Shown: positions 11,476 through 24,520 of the stretch, in pieces
Layout: every line of letters begins with the position of its first letter
Numbering within the stretch: position 1 is the first letter of the stretch
Source: Curvularia clavata
Taxonomy: Eukaryota
NCBI GenBank assembly: GCA_023920165.1
Contig: CP089274.1
Span: forward strand, 558,001-622,000
DNA length: 64,000 bases
Direction: 5' to 3'
The notes under the pieces: generated by a model
Told to the model about the DNA's origin: nothing
The model's input: the letters and a program-made list of their open reading frames with translations, nothing else
Database searches by the model: none
Position numbers and translations under genes: made by a program

Positions 11476-14400
11476 TCAAGCGCACTCCCATTGAGCAAAA
11501 ACACACCATCTTGCACTGCGATCAGCGAGCACCAAACCTCGCCATGTTCCTTTCTCTCCAATCTTGATAACTGTCTCCCACGCTGTGCCATCAGCATCGC
11601 TAGTACCGCTCATGTGTTCATTCTTCCTAGTAAGACGAATGATCTTTCCAGACGGTGTCTGTATCGCTAGTTTAGCCGGTTTGTTGATACTGCTCCCTGC
11701 CGAACCTGAAGAAGCTTGAGAAGGATTGGTATAGTTGGACCCTGTCGCAGATATACTCTGCATGCTCATAGCTGATGTGGGGCGAGCGAAGGGGTTGGGA
11801 GACGATCGGCCATGCATTGCAGGACTAGGCTCGGGCGACTTGGTGAGAGACGACGGGTGTTGGCGAACACAAAACACAAAGGTGTTGTTCAAGGCCAGAT
11901 TGGCGCACTGCGGCTGAGCGACGTAGAGGTCCTGTCTCTGAGCGTGTGGTGTTGGGTGGAAAGTCAAGAACGAATATGGAGGATTCATGCCAGAGTGGGT
12001 CAAGGGGAGACCGATGGCCAAGTTGTGAGGATTGACCTTATTCGAATGCTGCAAACTGTTAGCCAACTGAATATATGGGCGAATGGAAAGGGAGGCTTAC
12101 CATCAATCCTTTAGGTCCAGCATAAATTTTTAGGACACCTTGACCTCCGTCGCCTGGAAGAAGTGCCTTGACCGTATAGCGTTTCTGTCCTCCATACCAC
12201 TCAGCTTGTGCCAGGGCTGGCTTCTTTACCACGTCTCCACTCTCAAACAAGTCTCCATCCATGTCCTGGGAGTAACATCTTGCCTCGACCTCGGCCACAC
12301 ATTCCACATCCTCAGGCACGTCGATGTAGATATGGGCCATTTCAAGGTTGTCCAAACACAGCACACTAGTGTCGAAGTTGACTACACTAAGGTTGTGTCG
12401 GAAGTAAGTGGGTGTCGCACAGGGCAAAGCCATGAGCACCTCATGCGGCTGAGGCGGGCAGATGTGTTGTTGTTCAGGGAGAAGTGGTACATGAGAGTAG
12501 CAAATCTCCATTGGACGGGCGAGAAAGTACCAACTTTCGGCGACGGATGTCCCAGCACTAGAGAAATGCACGCGTTTTGGATGGGTAGGGCCGGCAAGGG
12601 CGCAGTCCATGACGCGCCATTCACCCTCCACGATAACAGCATTCCAGAAATGGTTCGGCCGGGCAACTGATTCAAGGTCGAGGGGCTCGCCAGGGGTTTT
12701 CAGGTAGCCACGTATTACCTCTGCGTGCATGCCGACGGAAGCACACATCTCTGCAACCACCATAGCAATCTCTTCAGAGCAGCCGCGTTTACTTTGCAAC
12801 ACATGGCGCGGGTCCATTTTGCCCTCGAAATCTTCTTCCCAAGAGATGCGCTCGCTAACCCAAGTGAAGATGGCACGCAGGCGCTGGATATCGCTCCGGT
12901 ATGGCCGACACACGTAGCCCTGGGCCAGTGTCGCGGGATTCGTTCCGAGAGGAATACTGTTGATGAAGCGCGCACTCTTGTCTACGTGTGAGAGACTGCA
13001 GGCTGAGAAATCGGTCGGCTCCGTGATGGGAAGGCCATCGAGGCCTTCATCTCCTTGGACAGATTCATGGAGAATCTCAATGGGGTTCAAAACAGGATAG
13101 TCCATCATTTCGCACCTCTCAGCTCGCTCTGCGCGCTCATTCTTGCTCAGCGAATTAGATCGGTTGATGTCTCGGCGCACTTGTACCCAATCCACGGTCC
13201 CTAGACTCATATCCTTCGAAGTGTTCGCTGAGTGAGTTGCCGGGCCTCCTTCAATACCTGTGCTCTCTAGGTTGTCCAAGCGACTTGCAGCACGGCTGGC
13301 CGAACGGCCTGCAGCACGACTGGCTGCCCGGGACGCAGGTCGGCTGATTGTGTCGATAGTGCTACGGGCGTTGGCTGCTTGTGTCTTCGCAGTATCAATC
13401 ATTTTTCTGAAAAATCCACTGCGCTTCGGCTTTGGCTGCCTCAAGCCACCAAGTGGATCAGGATCGTCGGATGCTGGCGTACTGCTAGCAGCCTGTTGTT
13501 GGTCGCTTGAACCTGGTCGTGACTGAGAAGCGTGGCTCGAGTGATAAGTCACGCCAGTAAAAGGCGTCTCTGGCCTACCATCATCAAAGCCATAGCCCTT
13601 GCCTGCTGTATCTTTTATATTCATCAAACTCTTTGGACGATCCTTGCCAAACTTCTTACGATAATAGCTACCGGCACTCGTAGCACTCATGTTTGTAGCA
13701 GAGTGCCCAGACATCAAGCTGCGATTAGTGCTGTTACTGGTGAGAGTCGTAGACGTCGTAACCGTCGAATTCGTTTTACTCGTAAAGGTTCGGCCGAGTG
13801 CATTACGGCCCATGTCGTAGGCAGATTTGCGATGCCGGAGGAACTTGGAGCCTCTTCGTTCAACCTCTGGCTCGTTGCCACCCATAGACGATCCCGGTCT
13901 CTGACTTGCCGTCTTCAATGGTACAGTTGGGCCTTGGTCATCATCCATAAACATTTCGTTGTCCCTGCTCTTCTCTTGCTGCTGCAACCGGCGCAAGCGA
14001 CTTTCCATACGTTGCATGTAGTTGTTGACATCAGGGGGGCCGTCGTCATCGTCATCGTCATCCTGACCAAGAGCCGACTGTGCTCTGACTTTTTGCGCCG
14101 ATGCCTGGTACACTTGATCGAAGGCTTCCGGCGACCAAGGGTTCGATGGTGACGCGACCTCCGCGGGCGATTCGTTACTTTGTGTCGTGGTCATAGTTTG
14201 CAGAGAAGACATAACATCATTCATTGCTGTCGTAAGTGGAGAGGGTGTAAAGTGACCGCCGTGCGACCTCGGGTCAGGTGAAGGCGGTTCGGGCGTGTGG
14301 TAGCCATGTTGGGATGGAGGAGCGGGCGAAGGTGAACGGCTAGGGTTGTAGGCAACACGGTGAGGTGGTGGAGGCGGCGGTGGAGGTGAATCAATAGGTT

Positions 14401-15517
14401 CGTCAAGATCTTGTTCGTACGGCGCAGGCGATGGGCCACGACTATGCTCCAATTGAAGTTGGTACGGAGACGGCGATGGACCACGATCATAAGCACGGTA
14501 CTGGAAAGACGGAGTTGGCGACGGTGCAGGTGAAGGGTGTCGGAACGAGGGAGCTGGAGACGGTCCCCTGTCGTAAGCTCGATACTGAAATGATGGGGCT
14601 GGGGATACTGCTCGTGCATGTTGTTGATACTGGGTTGGGGGAATGGGCGAGACTGCACGTGTATGCTGCTGATACTGGACTGGTGGAATGGGGGATGCAG
14701 CGCGGTAAGGGTCATAGGCTGGCTGTGGCGGTGGTGCAGGAGAAACTGCTCGGGCGTAGTGGTGTTGCTGAACGGGGGGCAAAGGAGACGCGGCCCGAGG
14801 CATTTGGTAGTGATGCTGCGGCGGTGGAGCGGGAGAATGGGCGCGTATTCGTGAGCCGTGTCGTCCAGGAGGCGCTGGCGAGACTGCTCGGGCGACGGGT
14901 GTCCTCTTGGTAGGTGGTCGTGGAGATACAGCGCGCAGATTTGAGGGTCCCCTTGTCGAAGGCCCGGACGGAGACGGACTCTCCTGGCTGTCCTGAGACA
15001 GTCTCTTCATGGACGAATATGGTGACTTTGTCTTGATACTGCCGTTTGGCGAGCTACCACCGCCAGCCCTGAGCCGTTCACGGGCTGCAGCAGCAGGATT
15101 TGGGGCGCCTGCAGCAGCATAGGCTGTGAAGGGCTTTCTGAACATGCTCTTCTGCTTCTGCGGCACGGGTTTGGGCTGTTCCTGAATGCTGCTCTGCCTC
15201 GAGAAGCTCCCGCCGCTGCCATTGCGCGCCCATGGCTGGTAATCCTCGGCGAGCAGCTCGACAAAGTTGGATGGGAAGAGGCCGACCATGCGCCTGTCGC
15301 GCTTCAGACGTCCCATCCACCATGATCCATCGCCGGCGTTGAGGACTTCGATCAGATCTCCTTCTATGAATCCGAGGTCGCGTTTCGTCTGGAAAAGCGG
15401 TCAGGCAAGGCGCAACATCAAACGATGACTTTGACAAGGACTTACCTCTCCTCCCCAGGAGTAAACCGCTTTGCACCAGCACGGAAAGCGCGTGGGCAGT
15501 GCCTGACCGACAGCCAT
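11476..15517 (-). CDS. CYK3: Cytokinesis protein Cyk3 (SH3 plus transglutaminase-like domain)
   Basis: N-terminal SH3 (CKAVYSWGGE|TKRDLGFIEGDLIEVLNAGDGSWWMG..GLFPSNFV), a long Pro/Ser-rich linker, and a TGc-like core (RLRAIFTWV..GYLK..NHFWNAV..EWRVMDC). C-terminus WRGLVLADRSARWCVFAQWECA*. Introns near 15445-15389 and about 12100-12050. Confidence 0.9.
14430..14945 (-). repeat. Coding tandem repeats (R-A/G-x-S-P-x-P units) within CYK3
   Basis: About 11 units such as RAVSPAPP, RAHSPAPP, RAASPIPP and RGPSPAP, including a near-exact duplication of PSFQYRAYDRGPSP. Confidence 0.75.
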
Positions 15518-16892
15518 GGCGAGAGTGATGTGTTGTTGTGCTTGTGTGTGGAGTTGACCTGCAACGGCTCGGATGTGTGACGAGATGGATTACATGCGCA
15601 AACGAGCGTCGTCGCCAGTGGCAATAACAAAAGGCCAACAACAGCGAGCAGAGTAGAGAGCAATACAAAGAAGGTAGCCAGACCCCGAATGATAGCGGGG
15701 AGCGGTATAGGCAACGCAGAGCTAGCGAGGCACGCAGGGCCCATGCGACTGACGTCTCGCCTTGGCTTGGTGTTTACCGACTCAGTCGCCGCTTCCCCAG
15801 CAACAGCATCGCCCGCCCACTAGCGCGCCTGCCACAAGCGCCCCGCCCCACCCATGGTCAACACGTCACCCAGCCCTCACCTCTCATCCGCTGCACTCGC
15901 TGCATCCACAGCACCGCTGTTCCTGTTCTACTGCACGGCACAATGCACGCCCATGCAGGTCCACTTTCTCTCATTTCTCGACTCCCAGCTCTCTGCAGCG
16001 TCGATTCTAACAACTCGATACCCACTGTCCCCCCATGTCGCCAATCCATGAAGGGGTCCTTTGATTGTCACGGCAGATTTTCGATGCGGCTGAACATCGA
16101 TGCGCTAACTACGCCTGCCCGCCATTAGGTCCAGTGGCGCCTAACCCTGAATGTCAAAGATTGGCCGTCATGCGCTCTTTTAGTCGCTACCAATGTTGCG
16201 CAGGGCGGCACGCTGTAGAAAAAAAAAAGCCTGGAAGTACACCTGGGCCGTCTCTGTCATCATCCAGGAACAAGTTTCTCGTAGCAACCGACCGCGGAAG
16301 GGGTGTGAGAAACAAAAACTTCATGACACGACCATGGATGTGCGACAAAGGTGTTGGTTGGGTTGCCATCGAGTCTCTAAAGATTGCTACTACTAGGTAA
16401 ACTCAGTTTACTTCAACTACGACACAGGATTGATCTCAAGAGTCAGCTAGTGGCGGTTGGCTGGCAATTTTCTGTCTGTAGGGCTGATTAAAGTTATCTA
16501 CGGTCTAACCGGTTCCTGGACCGTCTAGGGCTCCACCCTTACTACTTTTGTTAGAACAACTAGCACTCTCTGGCTTTGTTGGTAAAGGGGTGGGAGGGGA
16601 ACCGACCGATCCCACCCCGCCGGACAAATCCAGGCACTAGTATGGTTAGCCGAAAAAGTATGGTCGCACCTAGAATTAGACTATGCATCACAACGGCCGG
16701 AGCCGAGAATATAAAGAAGACGCATGGTTCCATTGCTCATACAAGCTACTGAATGCGAATATAGACAGAAGTTAGCGCCGCTGGGGCGGATGGTGACAAA
16801 AACTATTTCCTCCTCAAATCATTGCTGACCGGGCAACTGGCATAAATGCTTGCTTGTTGGCTTGACGAGTAACGACTGATGATGCAAGTCGC

Positions 16893-17714
16893 TTAGTTGC
16901 CGTTCCACATCTTGGGGCCGGGCATGGTGTACGACTTGGGGTTGTTCCACTTGTTGAACTTGATGCCGGGGTCGTTGGCGCTGTAGATGCCCGGGATCTT
17001 AGCAGTCGGGCCGGGCTTGCCAGTACCAGAGGACTGGATGTTCAGCTGGAAGCACTCGATGTAGAACTGGGCCTTGCCACTGTAGCAACCGAGTCAGTTC
17101 CTGGTTCCTGGTTCCTTGCATACGCTCTGCATGATGTACTTACACGTGACCCTCGTGAAGGCCGATGTGCTCAACACGGACAAGGTACTCTCCAGCAGGA
17201 ATGTCTACGAGTTGTTAGCATGCGACCGGTACCTTATTCAACAAGGTGACTACTCACTCTTCTGGATGGTCCACTCGAGCCTGTCCTTGTCCCAGTTGGC
17301 CCAGGCAGTGTCGACGCCGGGCTGGCTGGGGTTGGAGAGACCGCTCTCCATGACCTTGACCCAGTCACCGCTGCCATCGTAGTCGGCAACCTTGCCAGGG
17401 GCCTTGGAGATGTAGACAAAACCAGGGCCAGGGTGCTCAATCCTCTCGTTGTTGAAGATCTTGAAGCCAATCTTGTCACCGGCCTTGACAGTGTAGGTAG
17501 CAGTGCCACCAGCCCTGGCACCCTTGTTGCAGCGGAGGTCAGGCGAGTTGACAATCTCGTTGGTGATGACAGGGTTGTAAGAGTTGCTGTTCTTGCGAGT
17601 GTAGGCATACTCGCCACCAATGATCTTGTCGTTGACAGCAAGAATGTTGAAAATGTAGTGGGCGTTAACCGCCAGGGGCGATGCAAGCAACGCCAGGAAA
17701 GCACCAGTCTTCAT
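16893..17714 (-). CDS. Secreted AA9 (GH61) lytic polysaccharide monooxygenase, no CBM
   Basis: Signal peptide MKTGAFLALLASPLAVNA is followed by His1 (HYIF). Also DLRCN, HPGPGFVY, GDWVKV, IPAGEYLVRVEHIGLH and AQFYIEC (H-x-Q-F-Y second sphere). Two introns at about 17255-17204 and 17143-17081. Confidence 0.93.
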
Positions 17715-19616
17715 GTTGGAGGAGAAAAGAGTGAAATGAATATATGTTCAAAAGAAGTGAATGTGATAAAAGAGCGAATGGAGGGTTGGAATCGGTAGTC
17801 GATGACTGCGATGGTCCTTTCAGCAAGGCGAACTGTCAGATACTTATACAGCCATGACTTGATGATGAGGAGACACTTGGGCCTGTCACCCAAGACTACG
17901 ACTTCATCTATTCCCATCTGTCAACCCCACAGGTCGCCGTCATGGGGCCTAGCTGCGATCCACCAAGGAGGAATGCTTTTGGTGTTCTAGTCTCCATGTT
18001 TAATGAATCAAGGAATGCCAACCACTTGTCCAACCGTTTTAAGCGGCAGCCAAGCCTCGCTACTATCAAAGTCCCGACGCTGCCAAGACACTCCCATGGC
18101 ACATGTTTCACCGTCCGATGCTCAATCACTTTGGCACTTTGAGATCAATCTAGAATCTGTCCGTTTCCGTCGCGGAGCCACCCATTTGCACCGACCGCCT
18201 TGCCAAGTCCAACCCTTACATTGGTCAGCGGAACCGTCTAAGAACCTCATGCATCGCCTGGCTGTATCCGAGGAAACAGTGGCGCTGCGTTTCCATACCT
18301 GCCAGCATGTTTCTCAACCAAACCTCGTACTATCCGTCAATCTCCGCTTGCTTTGCCACCAAGAAAATGGTATCTGTCTTGCGATCGAGTTTCTCATCAC
18401 TTTGTGCATATGTGCATGGCCGCCCACTTCCGCACGATTGGTTGCAGCCATCTTGGCAGCCAAGTAATCTTATTGTGCAACAGTGCTTGATATTTCGAGG
18501 CATATCGAGGCATATCGAGGCCCCCTGTTTCCCATCGAAATCCCATGAATCAACCGAGGAGTGTATAATGATGGTGTTTTCTACGCCGCGCGGCGATATG
18601 ACGATACCACGTCATGACTCCTGACGTGCTGGCTTGGCAAGTCTCAGAGTGCACACTGTACACTACGCGCAATCTGAATCGATAGTGTCCTTGGCTCAGT
18701 TAAGATAAATGTATCTATCGACATGACTGCGCGTGCGGGGAAAGAAGCTGCTTGAGCCGCACTGGTGGAGCTTTGCCACAAGTCAATGCTCCACTTAGGT
18801 GAGCAGATCGACAATCCTAATCAATGCCTGACACTCAGCAGCGTCTTCCTTACTGGTAGCAACCGCTAAGTAGTTCTGCCTCTTGGTGTTGTCTTGTCGC
18901 ATGCTACTATCGCCAAGAATCATGTTTCGTCCTTCACTGTCCCGCCGTAACAAGAATAGAACGCGTCCTATTACCGTTACACGTATATTCGGTATAAGAC
19001 CGAAAGTTCTGATTCTTCGGTCTTGGTGCGATCGCAATCTCCGCGGGGAAGGGGAAAGATCTCCCTTTGCTAGTAGCATATCGGATCCGTCGCTCAGGAC
19101 ATCTAATCAAGTAGGCGGCTGTTAGATACTGCGCGATTATTTCGTCCGGCAATCATTCCGGTGCCTCCTTTGCCTTTTGTGGGTTGGAAGTTATCTCCAT
19201 ATGGTTCTGGAACATATCGAAATCGTCCTGCCAGTTACACGATATACTGAATGTTGGATATAGTACCAAACTTGCAACGCAGAATTTTGTATAGCGTAGC
19301 TGTACGGGATAGTAGCCTTTCAAATTTCAATGACGATGAATCAAATGGCACATGCAGCATCCTAGGAGGTTCTGCTGCTATAAACACTGTACCACTCACT
19401 GCGGTTTGCTCACTATGCAACTCTCAGCTCTGACATTGTACCATCTCCACACCAACTTAATTCACAATGCCAGATCCTATCCAGCTCTATAAATTATATT
19501 CCAAAAATGTTCCTTCTCTCCAAATCAGCAAAAAAAAAACCAGTTAACCAACAACATAGCAACCACACTCAGCAAGCAACTCCATAACTTTCACACATAC
19601 TAACGCACAGTCCAAA

Positions 19617-19907
19617 ATGGCTCCCGAAGAGCCTTCTCACCACTGCGACGCCCTTAGCCGCTGCCAGTCCCTCTATGAGGAGATCACCAACTTCCTCGCA
19701 GAAGAGACTCAATGCTCTGTAGTTCCAACTTGTCCCGATGAGGCCGTTCAGCGTGCCAAGACCTTAGTTGATTCCATGACTGATGCATTTCACCAACTAG
19801 ACCTGGAGATTCCTGTGAAGCAGCACGGTCTGTGGCTTGACGAGCAGTGCAAGAAGTACCAGGTGGCTTTGAAAGAGCTACTTAAGTTCATATGGTCCAG
19901 GGTATAA
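19617..19907 (+). CDS. Small orphan protein, 96 aa, predicted helical
   Basis: TATAAA at about 19488, a C/A-rich leader, good start context (CAAAATGG) and a clean 96-codon ORF within otherwise degenerate DNA. No family recognised. Confidence 0.55.
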   Translation: MAPEEPSHHCDALSRCQSLYEEITNFLAEETQCSVVPTCPDEAVQRAKTLVDSMTDAFHQLDLEIPVKQHGLWLDEQCKKYQVALKELLKFIWSRV

Positions 19908-20748
19908 GTTGTCCCTATGTATTTGTAGGCACAACACACGCATTTTTTCCTCCCTGAATGTCGTTGGTGGCGGTAAGAAAATAAAAGAGGTAGGCTGAAA
20001 CAATGGCGATTCGCTAATGGGTAAACATCATGGGTAGGCTTCATGCGAGTCAATCGCGAGTAATCTATTTCACGCAGCAAATGATATCATGTTTTGAAAG
20101 TGCTCTGGGTTTTTAGTGGACTGTGATGTTTTTCTTCTTTCTTGGGTATTGCTCGGCATCTGACTGGGGTGAGTTTGAACAGGGTCTTGTTTCAGAAGTG
20201 TTGCAGGATAGGAAAGAAACGGGACGAGGCGGGGACGGACTAACGCGAACGAAGAAGAAAAGAAGAAAACATGACGGCAACGGGTATACAACATGGTGAT
20301 ATCAGTCTAGAAGAAACAATTTATGGAGTGGATTTTAGGTTGTAAGGCATTCATGTCGATGAACTTTGTTTTTCTTTTGAATCGCATAAGCAAGGTACAG
20401 TTTGTTTGGGGTACGACGCCTTGGCAAGAACGTCCAATCTTGGTTTAGCTGCCACGCGGCGCTAGGTCGGGTCACGTGATGATGGAGGTTCCTCAAGCGA
20501 CAAAGATAGATTTGTGATTAGAAAGGCAGTGTTCATATGGAAACTCTCGTAGCTTGCGATGCATCGACGCCGGCCTTTTCTTCATGTCAAGCGAACTCGC
20601 CATGCAAAATGAAGCGGAATATCAGCTGATATGGCTGTCGCGCAGCGCCGTGGGTCAGTCTCGCGTCGCGGGTTGCCTAACCCGGCACCCAGCTCTTCAT
20701 CTCTGACTTCCTCCCACCGCTCACGCATGTAGACAAGCACACTATCCC

Positions 20749-23700
20749 ATGCGGCTGCTGTACACTACAAGCGATGGAAGGCTCAGAACTGAGACCTTCA
20801 ATGGCGCCAAAATTCCCCAGTATGCGATCTTGTCGCATACCTGGAAGGAAGGAGAGGAGGTCACATTTGCTGATTTGAAAGAGCTAGACAGCACGGATAC
20901 CGCTGTGCAAAGCAAGCAAGGATGGCAAAAGATTCGTTTCTGTGCGCAACAGGCTAAGAGGGATGGTCTAGAGTATTTTTGGGTTGATACCTGTTGTATT
21001 GACAAGGCAAACAACACGGAATTGTCAAAAGCGATCAATTCCATGTTCCGATGGTATCAAAATGCCGAAAAGTGTTATGTCTTTCTTGCAGACGTCGACA
21101 CTCTAGAAACGGATGGTGAGATGGCGTTCAGGCAAAGCAGGTGGTTCAGCCGAGGCTGGACCCTTCAAGAACTTCTCGCTCCCCATTCTGTTGAGTTTTT
21201 TTCCAAACATGGAACTCGATTAGGCGACAAAAAATCCCTTCAACGCATTATACATGAGGTTACCAGCATCCCCATCGAAGCTCTGTCCGAGAATGACTTA
21301 TCCAAGTTCGATGTCACTCATCGTTTTTCTTGGGCAGCAAATCGGCAGACAACTGAGGAAGAAGATGGAGCTTATTGTTTGTTTGGGATATTTAACGTTA
21401 CCCTACCCCTGATTTACGGGGAAGGTAAAGAGAGAGCGTTAAAGCGATTGAAGAAGGAGATAGAAGAGGTTTCTGAGGACATCGGAGGTGGTGTTACCAG
21501 CAGCGAAAGCCTAAGCCGAGAAGAAAAGCTCAGTAAGATTTGCAGCTGGCTTTCAGCGCCAGATCCATCCGCAAACTACCAGAAAGCGCACAATCAGCGA
21601 CAGGCTGAAACTGGAATCTGGCTCCTAGACAGTGCAGAGTTTACGAACTGGAAGAAGAATGCAGCGTCGCGGTTGTGGCTGTATGGAATTCCAGGATGTG
21701 GAAAGACTATCCTGAGCACTACCGTTGTCGAGCATCTGCTGCAGCACTGCCAAGACGACACTATGGTGACAGTTTACTTTTACTTCGATTTCAAAGATGC
21801 ACAGAAACAGGATCCAGAGCTAATGCTGTGCTCGTTACTCTACCAGCTCCTAGAACGTTTGCTCTCGATACCAGACTACGTCGATGCGTGCTTTTCATCT
21901 TGTGAGAACGGAAACCGACGGCCGCCGCTACATGCGTTGTTAGAAGTAACAAGGCAGACGGCACAAGAATTCACGCACGTCTACGTTGTTCTCGACGCAC
22001 TTGATGAGTGCACCCAGCGTTCAGAACTGATGCCAGTACTAGAAACATTGGCTGGATGGCGACTTAATAACCTGCATCTGCTAATGACTAGCCGGAAAGA
22101 GCGGGACATCGAAATTTCCTTAGAGAGTTACATCAAAGAAGAAGAAACTATATGCCTTCAGATGCAAATGGTGGATCAGGACATCCAGCGCTATGTTCGA
22201 CAAAGGCTGCAAAGCGACAGGAGCTTGTCAAAGTGGAATAGGGATCCTACAATTACTCAAGAGATAGAGGCTGCGCTGATGCGCGGGGCTTGTGGGATGT
22301 ATGTGTTCGATTAGGCCTTTGCAGATTTCAAGCTGATGATAGTGCAGGTTCCGATGGGCTGTATGCCAGTTAGACATGCTGGCAAAGTGCCGCAACCTCA
22401 TAATGCTGCGCAAGTCTCTTGCTACTTTGCCGCAAACATTAGACCAGACATACGACCGCATCCTCTCTGCTATCAGAGAAGAGGATTGCGTTTACGCGAT
22501 GCGGATACTGCAGTGGTTAACCTTTTCCATTAGGCCACTCACTGCCCAGGAAGTCGCTGAAGTTGTAGCTATTGACGTTGCACGCGAAGTAGCGTTCGAT
22601 CACAATGAAGTGCTAATTGACCCACTGGAAGCGTTGGATATCTGTTCTAGTCTAGTTACTGTCACGACAAACGAGGTAGAAGAAATGTCAGAGCTTCCAG
22701 TACGAATCATTGCTCTAGCACACTACTCGGTTCGCGAATACCTTGTGTCGGATAGGATCAGACGAGGGCCAGCCAAACAGTATAGCATGCAAGAGACTGG
22801 AAGCCATAAAACGATAGCAGAAGGCTGCCTAAAGTACATCATCCAGTTGGAACACCCAATATCAAGAGAAACGTATGAGGCGTCCGCACTTGCAAGGTAT
22901 GCAGCAGAGTTCTGGAGCCGTCATGTCAAAAACGCGGGAGAAAATACTGAACAGCTCAATCGACTGGCAATGAGCTTGATGGACCACGCAGAACCCGCAT
23001 ACCTCAGTTGGATTCGTTTGTATCACCCCGAGTATCCATGGCAGCTGCCAGATCTGCAAAGAAGCCTAGATGGGTTACGTCCGCCGCTCTACTACGCAGC
23101 GAATTTCGGTTTGGGTGAACTTGTCAAACTGCTGCTTGACAAGGGCGCTGGGGCTGACGTAAGTGGCGGATTTCAAGACACTGCGCTACATATAGCTTCA
23201 ATTGAAGGCCATGAGAAGGTGGTCAAGGTGCTACTTGATAGGGGTGCTGAAGTTGACGCCGAAAGCAGTATTTGGGGCACCGCACTGCAGGCAGCTTCTC
23301 TTAGAAACCACGAGCATGTAGTCAAAATACTCCTGGATCATGGCGCTAAGGTCAACATGCAGAGTGGCCATTGCGGCAGCGCTCTACAAGCGGCTTCAGC
23401 TGAAGGTCATGAGCGGATAGTTGAGGTACTACTCGATAAAGGCGCTGAGGTCAATATGCAGAGCGGATATTATGGGACCGCGCTCCAGGCAGCTTCAGCC
23501 GGAGGCCATGAGCGAGTCGCTAAGATCCTAATCAACAGGGGTGCTGATGTAAACATCCATGGTGCCTTTCATGGCAGCACAATTCAGGCAGCTGCGGGCA
23601 AAGGCCATGTCCATATCATTAAGGTACTCCTCGACAAAGGCGCTGAGGTCAACACGTATAGCGGTACTTACGGCAACGCAGTGAATGTAGCTGCATACCT

Positions 23701-24172
23701 AGGCGAAATTGCAGTTCTCAAGCTTTTGCTCATGAATGTTGACATCGCGCAGCTTCAGGACCCTTATGGCCGGAGTCCACTGTGGTGGGCGGCGGCTGGC
23801 GGCTGGATTGAGCCCGTTCGAATCCTTATGGACGAGTACAACCAGGACCCTCGTATTCCCGACAAATTTGGGCGGACCCCATTGGATATTGCTACGCGGA
23901 AAAGGAACACTGCAGTATGGGAAATTCTCTCTCAAGCAAATGGAGTAGTTGATTCAGAGCAAGCCCTTTTGCCCCCTGATTCTGGGGACGAGTGGTGGCC
24001 TGTTATGTGCAACGTCTGTACTTCATTCGTAACAAATACTGACACTTGCTACAACTGCCCAGATTGCTCTACTGGAGATCATTGGGATGTTTGCGATGAT
24101 TGTAAGACAAGAGGTGCTCTTTGTGCGGATGAAGCACACATTTGGGTCGTACGTACGATCAGTCCCCGGTAG
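20749..24172 (+). CDS. Fungal NLR-like STAND protein: HET - NACHT - ankyrin repeats - C-terminal ZZ-like zinc finger (about 1124 aa)
   Basis: HET motifs YAILSHTW, FWVDTCCIDK, ELSKAINSMFRWY and WFSRGWTLQELLAP. Walker A GIPGCGKT and Walker B VYVVLDALDEC. Intron 22299-22347 joins GM|FRWAVCQLD in frame. About 9 ankyrin repeats (approx. 23080-23930). C-terminal CNVC..CPDC..DVCDDC..C..H. Confidence 0.93.
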
Positions 24173-24520
24173 TAATAAATTAGATACATTGAGATCCAAT
24201 TGAGCTATGTAGAACTGCTCTCATTGCTGCTACAGCTGTGTTATATCTTGTGGCAGGCTGCCTAAATAGACAAAATAGCTGTAAAAAAGGATATCCTGAG
24301 CTTAGAAACTTCTTAGCTACGTGAAGTAACGTCCAAGGCACAGCACTCGGACTCACCTCAGGTCTCATGTTCATCTTATCCCGTTTTTATTCTAGATCGA
24401 CGGCATTATCACGACGACAGGAACTATGTCTCAATTTTATGACTATTCAGAGATTGAATATACCATATACATTAAGAATATTTCTAAAATTTCTATCATG
24501 ATCTCCTCTATCATCATTAG

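Noticed and set aside
16658..16672. Minus-strand GGTGCGACCATAC resembling the 5' end of 5S rRNA
   Set aside because: The similarity stops after about 10 nt; no internal box A/C or 3' 5S sequence follows.
23810..23830. GTTCGAATCC T-loop-like motif (tRNA)
   Set aside because: It lies inside the NLR coding sequence, with no cloverleaf or box A.
20749..24172. NLR apparently split into two ORFs (possible pseudogene or two-gene system)
   Set aside because: A canonical 49-nt intron (22299-22347) joins them in frame.
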